DNA of 64,000 nucleotides from an uncultured beta proteobacterium (GTDB lineage Bacteria > Pseudomonadota > Gammaproteobacteria > Burkholderiales > Burkholderiaceae_C): NCBI GenBank assembly GCA_963743935.1, contig CAVURQ010000005.1, forward strand, positions 34,625 to 98,624. The letters are read 5' to 3'. Below, one piece after another: positions 31,234 to 40,656 of this stretch. The notes below the pieces were generated by a model. That model did no database searches. It saw nothing but the letters and a program-made list of their open reading frames with translations, and had not been told where the DNA came from. The position numbers and the translations under genes were made by a program. Numbering within the stretch: the stretch's first letter is position 1; each line of letters starts with the position of its first letter.

Positions 31234-31506
31234 ATGACTGCCATCAGGAACTTCCCAGACGCGCCGCTCCGGCAGCGCGCCAAGGCGCCATTTCAGTGGC
31301 GCATGCCGGCTTTTGCCGTCAGTGCATGGCTGCTCTTGCACCGTGTGGGGCAACGGCGTGCCGCTTGGGAACTCGATGCACAGGCCGATCGGGTCGCATT
31401 GGGCAACCCGGTGCTGGCGCGTCAACTGCGCGAAGCCGCGGCCGAGTGCCGTCGCGAGGCCAACCCTGCCCCCATGAAGAAGGCTGCTGAAAGGAGCGCG
31501 TCATGA
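31234..31506 (+). CDS. Small hypothetical protein A (paralog of next gene)
   Basis: Strong RBS; 90 aa; W..L...G.RRA..EL...A......P.LA.QL..AA pattern; ATGA overlap with next gene. Confidence 0.7.
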   Translation: MTAIRNFPDAPLRQRAKAPFQWRMPAFAVSAWLLLHRVGQRRAAWELDAQADRVALGNPVLARQLREAAAECRREANPAPMKKAAERSAS

Positions 31507-31766
31507 CCACCATTCGTCTGCAGGTTGCACCCCGCGTCGGCCCGGCCAACCCCCGCGGCGCGCGTCTGGGCGCAGCGGTATTCGTCGCACTATGGCGCGC
31601 CCTGGAGTGGTTGGGCCGCCGCGCCCCGCCGCGCGTCAAGAGCGCAGCCGAGGAAGCGCAGGAGGTGCGTGAGATGGCGCAAGGCTGGCAGCGAGCCGAT
31701 CCGCGCTTTGCGGCGGAGTTGTACGCGGCGGCCGACCGCCACGAGCGCCTGCACGACGCCGGTTGA
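31503..31766 (+). CDS. Small hypothetical protein B
   Basis: AAGGAG RBS; 87 aa; LWRALEWLGRR…EAQEVREMA…DPRFAAELYAAADRHE. Confidence 0.75.
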   Translation: MTTIRLQVAPRVGPANPRGARLGAAVFVALWRALEWLGRRAPPRVKSAAEEAQEVREMAQGWQRADPRFAAELYAAADRHERLHDAG

Positions 31767-31784
31767 CGCTTTGGCGCTGCGCCC

Positions 31785-32618
31785 TCAACCGGCGCAGCGT
31801 TCGAAATCGGCGTCCTGAAGCGGCGCCGGCGACGCGCCGGTCTGCGATATGCGCAGCCGCGAGCCGTCGATCGTGGCGTGAAAGCCGCTCGCGGCCCGCA
31901 GTTGCGCGCCCTCGATGCGGCCAGCCAGATCGACCGTGGTGCCCGCGGCGACCAGGCTGCCGTCGAAGCGCTGGAAACGCTGCGTCAGTTGCAGGCGCGC
32001 GCCGCGGTGCGTCCCCGTGCCGCACCAAAGGCCTTCGGCCCTGGCGGGAACCACCCACAAGTGCAAGCGGCTGCGTTTCTCGAGGCCCACCGCTTTGTCG
32101 GGTGCGTCCACGACGATCGTGCGATCCGGCTGCCACTCGCCCATGTCCCAGTCGTGCGAGACCAGCCGCGTGCCGGGTTGCAGCGCCAGCAGCGCCGGGC
32201 GCAGTTGCAGGTTGACCTCCTGCAGCAGGTACATGGTGATCACCGTGGCCTGCGCCAGATCGGCCTTGAACAGGTCTTGCTCGACGAAGCGGGCACGATC
32301 GGCCACGCCCGCCTTCTCGGCGCTCTTGCGGCTGCGCTCCACCAGCTCGGCCACGATCTCCACGCCCAGGCCGCGCGCGCCGAAACGCCGCGCCGCCAGG
32401 ATGACGATGCGGCCGTCTCCCGAGCCCAGGTCGAGCACGAAGTCCTTCGCGCCGACCTGCGCCAGCTCGAGCATCGCCAGCGTGACGTTGTCGGGGGTGA
32501 CGACAAACGGCACCTCATCCTGCGCGCGCACACCGCCGGCCGCGCCAAGACACAGTGCCAGCCCAAGGACAAGACGCAGGCCGCAAGCGCGGCGCAGGCC
32601 GTCGATGCGCCGGCCCAT
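31785..32618 (-). CDS. Exported class I SAM-dependent methyltransferase-like protein
   Basis: Signal peptide, VPFVVTP, VLDLGSGDGRIV, VITMYLL, LVSHDWDMG. Confidence 0.85.
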   Translation of the reverse strand: MGRRIDGLRRACGLRLVLGLALCLGAAGGVRAQDEVPFVVTPDNVTLAMLELAQVGAKDFVLDLGSGDGRIVILAARRFGARGLGVEIVAELVERSRKSAEKAGVADRARFVEQDLFKADLAQATVITMYLLQEVNLQLRPALLALQPGTRLVSHDWDMGEWQPDRTIVVDAPDKAVGLEKRSRLHLWVVPARAEGLWCGTGTHRGARLQLTQRFQRFDGSLVAAGTTVDLAGRIEGAQLRAASGFHATIDGSRLRISQTGASPAPLQDADFERCAG

Positions 32619-33382
32619 CAGATGCAACGCCCGCCGTCCACCTCCATGGCCACGCCGGTGATCATCGAGGCCTCGTCGCTGCACAGGAAACACGCCGCAT
32701 TGCCCAGGTCCTCGGGCTGCGAGAAACGGCCGATCGGGATGGTGGACAGGAACTTGGCCCGCATTTCGGGCGTGTCCTCGCCCATGAAGGTCTTGAGCAG
32801 CGGCGTCTCGCCCGCCACCGGGTTGAGCGCCACCACGCGGATGCCGAAGGGCGCCAGTTCCACCGCCATCGAGCGCGTGGCGGTGATGACCCAGCCCTTG
32901 CTGGCGTTGTACCAACTCAGGCGTGGGCGCGGGCTCACGCCGGCCGTGCTGGCCATGTTGAGGATCACGCCGCGACCGCCGTTCGCCCCGGCCGCACGCG
33001 CCTTGAAGCGCGGCACCACTTCCCGCGCGGCCAGGTAGATGGCCTTCATGTTGACGGCGAAGATGAGGTCGAAATCGGCTTCGCTGACGTTCTCGGTCGG
33101 TGTCGGTACATGCGACACACCGGCGTTGTTGATCAGGATGTCCAGCGCGCCGAAGCGCGCCTCGGCCGCGTCGACCATGCCGCGCACGTCGGCGGCCACG
33201 CTGACATCGGCCCGATGCGCGGCGGCACCGGGGCCCATGGCTGCGGCGACGCGCTGCGCGCTTTCGAGATTTCGGTCCACGACCAGCACCTTCGCGCCCT
33301 CGGCGACGAATTTCCTGACGATGCCTTCACCGAAGCCGGAGCCTCCACCGGTGACGAGCGCCACTTTGTCCTTCAGTCTCAT
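32618..33382 (-). CDS. Short-chain dehydrogenase/reductase
   Basis: TGGGSGFG, NNAG, YNASK catalytic motif, EVDGGRCI. Confidence 0.92.
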   Translation of the reverse strand: MRLKDKVALVTGGGSGFGEGIVRKFVAEGAKVLVVDRNLESAQRVAAAMGPGAAAHRADVSVAADVRGMVDAAEARFGALDILINNAGVSHVPTPTENVSEADFDLIFAVNMKAIYLAAREVVPRFKARAAGANGGRGVILNMASTAGVSPRPRLSWYNASKGWVITATRSMAVELAPFGIRVVALNPVAGETPLLKTFMGEDTPEMRAKFLSTIPIGRFSQPEDLGNAACFLCSDEASMITGVAMEVDGGRCI

Positions 33383-33493
33383 GCAGCCTCCAGCAGGTTC
33401 TTGAACGGTGGTGATTCTTTCAGCAACGAGCGATGCGTCGGGCTCACGTGCCCGGGCAGCGATGGCCGCGCCAATGCATTCGCTGACTTGCCC

Positions 33494-34948
33494 TCAGCCG
33501 TGGTGGATGGCCACCGTCTTCAGCGTGGAAAAGCCGTACAGCGCCTCGAAGCCCTTTTCGCGCCCGTGGCCCGAGGCCTTGACGCCGCCGAAGGGCAGTT
33601 CGATGCCACCGCCGGCGCCGTAGTTGTTGATGAACACCTGCCCGCACTTGAGCTTGCGCGCCAGACGCATCGCGCGGCTGCCGTCGCGTGTCCACACGCC
33701 CGCCACCAGGCCGAAGGCGGTGCCGTTGGCAATGCTCAGCGCCTCGGCCTCGCCGTCGAAAGGGATCAGCACCTGCACCGGGCCGAAGATTTCTTCCTGC
33801 GCCAGGCGGTGCGAGGCACTCAACCCCGACACCAGCGTCGGCCTGACGTAGTAGCCGCCCGCCGCGGCGCCATCGGCCAGCGAGGCCTGCGCCACGATCT
33901 CCAGGTTGTCGCTGCGCGCCAGCGCCAGATAGGCCTCGATGCCATCACGCTGCCGGGCGGAGATGACCGGACCAACGTCCAGGTCGTCCAGCGCCGCGCC
34001 GACGCGCAGCGCGCGGTAGCGCTCGGCCATGCGCGCCTTCACCTGCTCGAAGACCGCGCGCTCGACGAGGATGCGCGACGCGGCCGAACAGGTCTGGCCG
34101 GCGTTCTGGATGCCCGCGTTCACCAGGAAGGGCAGCGCCGCGTCCAGGTCGGCATCGGCAAAGACGATCTGCGGGCTCTTGCCGCCGAGCTCCAGCGTCA
34201 CCGGCACGGTGTGGCGCGCAGCGGCGGTCTGGATCATGCGGCCCACGCTGACCGAGCCGGTGAAGGATTGGTGCTGCACGCCCGCGTGGGCCGACAGCGC
34301 GGCGCCGGCCTCCTCGCCCAGGCCGGGCACCACGTTCAACGCGCCGGCGGGCAAGCCCGCCTCATGCGCAATGCGTGTGAAGGCCAGTGCGGTGAGGCAG
34401 GCTTCCTCGGCGGGCTTGAGCACGCAGGCATTGCCCATGGCCAGCGCCGCGCCGACGCTGCGGCCGATGATCTGCATCGGGTAGTTCCACGGCACGATGT
34501 GGCCGGTGACGCCATGCGGCTCACGCAGCGTCAGCGCGGTGTAGCCGTTGGCGAAGGGAATGGTCTCGCCCATCACCTTGTCGGCCGCGCCACCATAGAA
34601 CTCGAGGTAGCGCGCCAGCGCCACCGCATCGGCACGCCCTTGTTTGAGCGGCTTGCCCACGTCCAGCGCTTCCAGCCGCGCCAGCTCGTCGGCCTGCTCC
34701 AGCACCTTGGCCGACATGCGCAGCAGCACGCGGCCACGCTCGGCGGCGCTGAGCTGGCCCCAGGGTCCGTCCAGCGCGGCCTGTGCGGCAATCACTGCGG
34801 CGTCGATGTCGGCCGCCGCGCCGCGCGCGATCTGCGCCAGCAAGCTGCCGTCGGAGGGGTTGAACAGCGGCAGGGTCTCGCCGCTGGCGCAGGCGCGCCA
34901 GGCGCCGTCGATGAACACACCGCTGCTGTCGAAGGGAATGGAAGCCAT
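33494..34948 (-). CDS. Aldehyde dehydrogenase
   Basis: PWNYP, KPAE, FTGS, LELGGKSP, NAGQTCSA, EEIFGPV. Confidence 0.94.
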   Translation of the reverse strand: MASIPFDSSGVFIDGAWRACASGETLPLFNPSDGSLLAQIARGAAADIDAAVIAAQAALDGPWGQLSAAERGRVLLRMSAKVLEQADELARLEALDVGKPLKQGRADAVALARYLEFYGGAADKVMGETIPFANGYTALTLREPHGVTGHIVPWNYPMQIIGRSVGAALAMGNACVLKPAEEACLTALAFTRIAHEAGLPAGALNVVPGLGEEAGAALSAHAGVQHQSFTGSVSVGRMIQTAAARHTVPVTLELGGKSPQIVFADADLDAALPFLVNAGIQNAGQTCSAASRILVERAVFEQVKARMAERYRALRVGAALDDLDVGPVISARQRDGIEAYLALARSDNLEIVAQASLADGAAAGGYYVRPTLVSGLSASHRLAQEEIFGPVQVLIPFDGEAEALSIANGTAFGLVAGVWTRDGSRAMRLARKLKCGQVFINNYGAGGGIELPFGGVKASGHGREKGFEALYGFSTLKTVAIHHG

Positions 34949-35051
34949 GCGCAATGCTCCGGGGCCGGGGTCGTAAGGCATCATAGAACCAGCGCGCCCG
35001 CCGGGCGCGTTTCCAAGAGCGACAGCGCCGCGCGCAGCCCGAACCCGATCC

Positions 35052-36015
35052 ATGAGCCTGTTCCTGCTGAAGCGCCTGGCCACCCTCGTCATCACGCTGT
35101 GGGTGGCGTCGATGGTGGTGTTTGCGGTGCTCGAGATGCTGCCGGGCAATGCCGCCGAGATGATCCTCGGTGACACCGCCACGCCCGAGTCCATCGCCAC
35201 GCTGCAGGCCAAGCTCGGCCTGGACAAGCCGCACCTGCAACGTTATGGCGAGTGGATCGGCGGCTCTGGCGCAGGGGCGCACGGCGATGAGCATTTCCTA
35301 CGACACGCCCACCGGCACGCTCATCGCCGAGCGTCTGCTCGTCACGCTGCCGTTGGCGGCGATGTCGATGCTGCTGACGGTCGTCGTCGCGCTGGTCGCC
35401 GGCGTGTACGCCGCGTCGCGCCACAACCGCCTGGGCGACGTGAGTGTGATGACGGCCAGCCAGCTGGGCATCGCCATCCCGAGTTTCTGGTTTGCGATCC
35501 TGCTGATCCTGCTGTTCGCGGTGAAGCTGCAGTGGGTCAGCGCAGGCGGTTTCCCGGGCTGGAGCGAGGACGATGGCGGCGGCGCGTGGGAGGGCATCAA
35601 GGCGCTGCTGCTGCCGGCCGTGGCGCTGGCGGTGGTGCAAGCCTCGGTGCTGGCGCGCTGGACACGATCGGCGGTGCTGGAGGTGATGCGCGAGGACTTC
35701 GTGAGGACGGCGCGCGCCAAGGGCCTGTCGCGGCGCCAGGCGCTGTGGGGCCATGTGCTGCGCAACGCGATGATCCCGGTGCTGACCATCATGGGCCTGC
35801 AGTTCGCGTTTCTCATCAGCGGCACCGTGGTGGTGGAGCAGGTGTTCGTGCTGCCGGGTGTGGGCCGGCTGGTGTTCCAGGCCATCGCCAATCGCGACCT
35901 GGTGGTGGTGCGCGACGTGGTGCTGCTGCTGGTGGCGATGGTCGTGGTGGTCAACTTCGTCGTCGACGTGCTCTATGCCGTCATCGACCCGCGGCTGAAA
36001 TCCAGCGATGCGTGA
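35052..36015 (+). CDS. Peptide/nickel ABC permease DppB-like (frameshift near 35265)
   Basis: LPGNAA…LGLDKP (ORF 35052) joined to EDFVRTARAKGL…HVLRNA…IDPRL (ORF 35170). Confidence 0.88.
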
Positions 36016-36850
36016 GCAAGGCTTCTGGTCGCGCGCGCGGCGCAACCCGAGCTTCGTGCTCGGCAGCGTGCTGACCGCGCTGTTCGTCGCCAGCGCGCTG
36101 CTGTCGCTGGTGTGGACGCCGTGGCCGGCCACCGAGATCGACATTCCCAACAAGCTGGCGCCGCCGAGCACCGCGCACTGGCTCGGCACCGACAGCCTGG
36201 GGCGCGACATCGCATCGCAACTGCTGGTGGGGGCGCGCACCTCGATCATGGTCGGCGTGGTGGCCGTGCTCATCGGCATGGGCGTCGGGGTCGCACTGGG
36301 CGCACTGGCCTCGGCGCGCCGCGGCTGGGTCGAAGAAGGCGTGATGCGCCTGTCCGACTTCACTTTCGCCTTCCCGGCCCTGTTGCTGGCCATCATGCTC
36401 GGCGCGATCTACGGCCCCGGCCTGGCCACCGGCATCGCCGCGATCGGCATATTCATGATTCCGGTGTTCGCGCGCACCACGCGTGCCGCAGCGAATGCGG
36501 TGTGGGCGCGCGAATACGTGCTCGCAGCGCGCGCCGCCGGGCTGGGGCCCTGGCGCATCAGCATCGATCATGTGCTGCCCAACATTGCCAGCGTGCTGAT
36601 CGTGCAGGCCTCGGTGCAGTTCGCCGGCGCGATCATCATCGAGGCCGCGCTCAGCTACCTGGGCCTGGGTACGCCGGCGCCGATGCCCAGCTGGGGGCGG
36701 ATGTTGAACGAGGCGCAGACGCAGATGTTCCAGGCACCGCAACTCGCCATCTACCCCGGGGTGGCCATCGCGCTGGCGGTGCTGGGGCTGAACCTGATGG
36801 GCGACGGGCTGCGCGATCTGCTCGATCCGAAGCTGGCACGCAAGCGCTGA
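36008..36850 (+). CDS. Peptide/nickel ABC permease DppC-like
   Basis: HWLGTDSLGRD, EYVLAARAAG, HVLPN, EAALSYLGLG, GDGLRDLLDP. Confidence 0.92.
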   Translation: MREQGFWSRARRNPSFVLGSVLTALFVASALLSLVWTPWPATEIDIPNKLAPPSTAHWLGTDSLGRDIASQLLVGARTSIMVGVVAVLIGMGVGVALGALASARRGWVEEGVMRLSDFTFAFPALLLAIMLGAIYGPGLATGIAAIGIFMIPVFARTTRAAANAVWAREYVLAARAAGLGPWRISIDHVLPNIASVLIVQASVQFAGAIIIEAALSYLGLGTPAPMPSWGRMLNEAQTQMFQAPQLAIYPGVAIALAVLGLNLMGDGLRDLLDPKLARKR

Positions 36851-36863
36851 CGGCCCTCCAGGG

Positions 36864-36901
36864 TTTGCACGCATGTGCAAATTGTTTGTACGATCGTACA
36901 A
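36864..36901. promoter_or_regulatory. Putative TetR operator(s)
   Basis: Perfect palindrome TTGTACGATCGTACAA (36886..36901) and adjacent inverted repeat TTTGCAC-N4-GTGCAAA (36864..36881), just upstream of the TetR gene. Confidence 0.75.
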
Positions 36902-36907
36902 GACAGC

Positions 36908-37642
36908 ATGCACATGCCCGCAGCGTCACGCCGAGCCCCACGCCGCCCACGCGCTCGCGCCCGCGCGCAGTTGCGGCGCCACGCGGCGAGCGGCGCCAGG
37001 CCATCCTGCTGGCGGCGGAAAGGCTGTTCGCGCAACACGGCTACCGCAGCGTCACCATCCGCCAGATCGCAGAGGAAGCGCAGGTGCCGCTGGCGCTGGT
37101 GGGCTATTACTTCGGCCCGAAACACGAGCTCTTCCACGCCATCTTCGAACACTGGCGCCACACCATCGACGAGCGCATCGCGCGGCTGCGCGCCGCGCAG
37201 GCGGGCCGATCGGGCATCGCCGCCTTGCGCCGCATCGTCGGCGCGTTCGTCGAGCCGGTGCTGCACCTGCGCGCCAGCGCCGAAGGCGAGTACTACGCGC
37301 TGCTGGTGTCGCGCGAGCTGGCCTATCGATCGCCGGAGATCGACCGCGTGCTCGGCGATTTCTTCGACCCGATGGCGCATGAATTCATCGATGCGCTGCA
37401 CGCCGCCAGCCCGGGCTGCACACGTGGCCAGGCGGCCTGGGCCTACCAGTTCGCGCTGGGCGCGTTGATCCACCACATCAACGACCATCGCATCGCCAGG
37501 CTGTCGCGCGGCAAGAACACGCCCAACGATCCGCATGCGGGCGCCATGTTGATCGACTTCGTCGTCGCCGGCGTCGGCGCCGTGCTCCAACCCAAGGCCT
37601 CACGCCACCACCCCACCCCAACGAACGAGGAGACACCCATGA
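36908..37642 (+). CDS. TetR/AcrR-family regulator (start and stop appear displaced by indels; boundaries approximate)
   Basis: RQAILLAAERLFAQHGYRSVTIRQIAEEAQVPLALVGYYFGPKHELF HTH; no in-frame start or stop as assembled. Confidence 0.82.
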
Positions 37643-38712
37643 TCAAGCGACATTTCCTTCACGCCGCCTGCGCCGCAGCCTTTGGTCTGGCGGCCGCCGC
37701 GCCGTCGATGGCCCAGCAGGTCATCAAGATGAGCGTCGCCGCCGGGCATCCGCCGGTGTTCCTTTGGGTCAAGCTGACCGACGAGGTCTTCATCCCCGAG
37801 GTTGACAAACGCCTGGCGGCCGCGGGTGGCAAGTACAAGATCGACTGGACCAAGGCCTGGGGTGGCACGCTGCTGAAACTGGGCACCGAATCGAAAGGCG
37901 TGGCCGACGGCGTGGCGGACATCGCGGTGGTCAGCACGATCTTCGAAGCCGCACGCTTTCCGCTGCAGAACGTCACCTACTACACGCCTTTCGGCTCCGA
38001 CGACGTGGGCGTCATCAACCAGACCATGCTCGATCTGCAGAAGAGCATTCCGGCGATGGCCGATGCGTGGACGAAGAACGGGCTGGTGTTCCTGAACGGC
38101 ATGGCGCTCGATTCGTATCACATCTGGACCAAGTTCCCGGTGACGCGCATCGAGGATCTGCAGGGCAAGAAGCTCAGCGCGCCGGGGCCGTCCGCCAACT
38201 GGGTCAAGGGCACCGGCGCGGTGGCGGTGGCCGGCTCGCTGAACAGCTACTACGAGGACATCAAGTCCGGCGTGTCCGACGGCGCGCTGGTCTTCGCCAC
38301 GGGCGCCTGGGGCGCCAAGCTGCACGAAGTGGCGCCCTACATCACCAAGGTGAACTTCGGCGCGATGTTCGCCGGCGGCCTGGCGATGAACAAGTCCGTC
38401 TTCGACAAGCAGCCGCCCGAAGTGCAGAAGGCGCTGCGCGAAGCCGCCGACGTGTGGGCCCAGCAGTACGTGAAGATCCAGGGCGCGGCCGTCGCCACGG
38501 TGCTGCAGAACATGGCCGGCGCCGGTGCCAAGATCAGCGAACTCAGCCCGGCCGAACGCAAGCGCTGGGCCGACTCGCTCGGCCCCGTGGCCAAGACCTG
38601 GGCCGCCGACGTCACGGCCAAGGGCGGGCCGGGCAACGAGGTGCTGAAGGCCTACATGGACGCACTGCGCAAGGCCGGCACGCAGCTGCCGCGCGACTGG
38701 TCCGTGAACTGA
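37639..38712 (+). CDS. TRAP transporter substrate-binding protein (DctP family)
   Basis: GAGGAG RBS, signal peptide …APSMA/QQ, WGGTL, DLQGKKL, YEDIKSGVSDG. Confidence 0.9.
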   Translation: MIKRHFLHAACAAAFGLAAAAPSMAQQVIKMSVAAGHPPVFLWVKLTDEVFIPEVDKRLAAAGGKYKIDWTKAWGGTLLKLGTESKGVADGVADIAVVSTIFEAARFPLQNVTYYTPFGSDDVGVINQTMLDLQKSIPAMADAWTKNGLVFLNGMALDSYHIWTKFPVTRIEDLQGKKLSAPGPSANWVKGTGAVAVAGSLNSYYEDIKSGVSDGALVFATGAWGAKLHEVAPYITKVNFGAMFAGGLAMNKSVFDKQPPEVQKALREAADVWAQQYVKIQGAAVATVLQNMAGAGAKISELSPAERKRWADSLGPVAKTWAADVTAKGGPGNEVLKAYMDALRKAGTQLPRDWSVN

Positions 38713-38723
38713 GCGCCTCGGGC

Positions 38724-39325
38724 ATGCAAGCCGAGCACACGCCACGGGCCGCCGCGGCGCCCTCTGAAGTTGCCGCGACGGCGCCCAGCGATGCCTACGG
38801 CACGCCGCTGCCGGGTGGCTTCGAGCGCCTGGGGCGGGCCATGAACGCACTGGGCACGCTGTGGATCGTGGCGCTGATGCTGCTTATCAACGCCGACGTG
38901 ATGGGCCGCAACATGCCTCGGCGCGCCGGTGCGCGGTGTCACCGAACTGGTGTCGCTGTCGATCGTCGGCATCGTCTTCCTGCAACTCGCCGACACGCTT
39001 TACAGCGGCCGCTTCACGCGCGCCGATGTGCTGCTGGAGCGGCTCAAACGCAACCGTCCCGTCGCCGCGGCGCGCCTGCAGGCGACGTTCCATCTGACGG
39101 GCGCGGCGCTGATGGCGGTGATCCTCTGGGCCGCGTGGACACCACTGGTGGAATCGATCCGCATCCGCGAATACGTCGGCGCCATCGGCGACTTCACCGC
39201 GCCGGTGTGGCCGGTGAGGCTGATCATGTTGATCGGCCTGGCGGTGACCTTGCTGACCTTCTTGTTCCTGGCCTTTGCCGACCTGCGGCGTGCGCGGGGC
39301 CTGGTTCACACGGCGCGCAGACTGA
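38724..39325 (+). CDS. TRAP small permease DctQ (frameshift near 38915; 3' end uncertain)
   Basis: LMLLINADVMGRN…PVRGVTELVSLSIVGIVFLQL…PVWPVR. Confidence 0.78.
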
Positions 39326-39327
39326 AC

Positions 39328-40647
39328 ATGTCCGCGGCGCTGATCGCCTCGCTGTCGCTGGTGGCCATGCTGCTGCTCATCTGGTGCGGCATGCACGTGG
39401 CCGTGGTGCTTGCCACGGTGTCGTTCATCGGCGTGTGGCTGATCAAGGGCAACGTCGAAGTGGCGGCTAATCTGCTGGCGCAAGGCGCCAGCGACGCGGT
39501 CGCCAGCCACATCTTCGGCGTCGTGCCGCTGTTCGTGTTGACCGGCTTCCTGGTGGCCGCTGCCGATGTCGGCAAGGACGCCTTCGAGGTGGCCAACCAG
39601 TTGTTCAGGCGCTTGCGCGGTGGGCTCGGCGTGGCCACGGTGGCGGCGAATGCCGTGTTCGCGGCGATCACCGGCATCTCCATCGCCTCGGCCGCGGTGT
39701 TCACGCGCGTGGCGGTGCCGCAGATGCAGCGCTTTGGCTACCGAAGTGGCTTTGCCACCGGCGTGGTGGCGGGCTCGTCGGTGCTGGGCATGTTGATTCC
39801 ACCCAGCCTGCTGATGATCCTGTACGGCTTCCTGTCGAACCAGTCGGTGGGCGACATGTTCACCGCAGGCATCGTGCCGGGCCTGCTGCTGGCGCTGTCT
39901 TACGCGGTAGGCATCGTGCTGTTGGCCTATCTTCGACCCGGCATGGTGTTTGTGGGCGGACGGGCGCTGCCGGTCGAGACCGAGGCCTTGATGCCCGTCG
40001 GCGAACTTCTCGTCAAGTTGCTGCCCAGCGTCGTGATGATCGTCGCCGTGCTCGGCGGCTTGTACGGCGGGCTGTTCACCGCCACCGAGGCGGGCGCCGT
40101 GGGCGCGGCGCTGGCGCTGTTGATCGCCGTGCTCAAGCGCAAGCTGAACGCGCGCAGCCTGTGGGCCGTGCTCACCGAAACCGGCCATGTGACCGTGGCG
40201 GTGAGCTTCCTCATCATCTGCGCCAGCATCTACACGCGCATGCTGGCCATGTCAGGCATGCCGCAGTTCCTGGTGGAAAGCATGGCCGCCGCGGGCTTGG
40301 GGCAGGTGGCCTTTCTGCTGCTGTATGTGGCGGTGGTCATCGCACTCGGCACGATCATCGATTCCTCGTCGATCATGCTCATCGTGCTGCCGCTGATGCT
40401 GCCGATTGCGCAGCAGTTCGGCATGAACTTGGTGTGGTTCGGCGTGATCACCGTCGTGGCGGTGGAGATCGGCCTGTTGACGCCGCCCTTCGGCTTGTCG
40501 GTGTTCGTCATCAAGAGCACGCTCAACGATCCGAGCATCTCGCTGGGCGACATCTTTCGCGGCACCGCACCTTTCACTTTGATCATGTTTATCGTGCTGC
40601 TGGTGTTGATGGCCTTTCCACAGCTCAGCCTGGTGCTGTTGAAGTAG
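39328..40647 (+). CDS. TRAP large permease DctM
   Basis: VVPLFVLTG, GMLIPPS, GIVPG, FTATEAG, EIGLLTPPFG. Confidence 0.92.
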   Translation: MSAALIASLSLVAMLLLIWCGMHVAVVLATVSFIGVWLIKGNVEVAANLLAQGASDAVASHIFGVVPLFVLTGFLVAAADVGKDAFEVANQLFRRLRGGLGVATVAANAVFAAITGISIASAAVFTRVAVPQMQRFGYRSGFATGVVAGSSVLGMLIPPSLLMILYGFLSNQSVGDMFTAGIVPGLLLALSYAVGIVLLAYLRPGMVFVGGRALPVETEALMPVGELLVKLLPSVVMIVAVLGGLYGGLFTATEAGAVGAALALLIAVLKRKLNARSLWAVLTETGHVTVAVSFLIICASIYTRMLAMSGMPQFLVESMAAAGLGQVAFLLLYVAVVIALGTIIDSSSIMLIVLPLMLPIAQQFGMNLVWFGVITVVAVEIGLLTPPFGLSVFVIKSTLNDPSISLGDIFRGTAPFTLIMFIVLLVLMAFPQLSLVLLK

Positions 40648-40656
40648 GAGACTTGA

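Noticed and set aside
38724-40647. Natural DctQ-DctM fusion (ORF 38929..40647)
   Set aside because: Such fusions exist, but a TGA sits just before the dctM ATG in another frame (…GACTGAACATG) and dctQ already has one indel; cannot be supported without reads.
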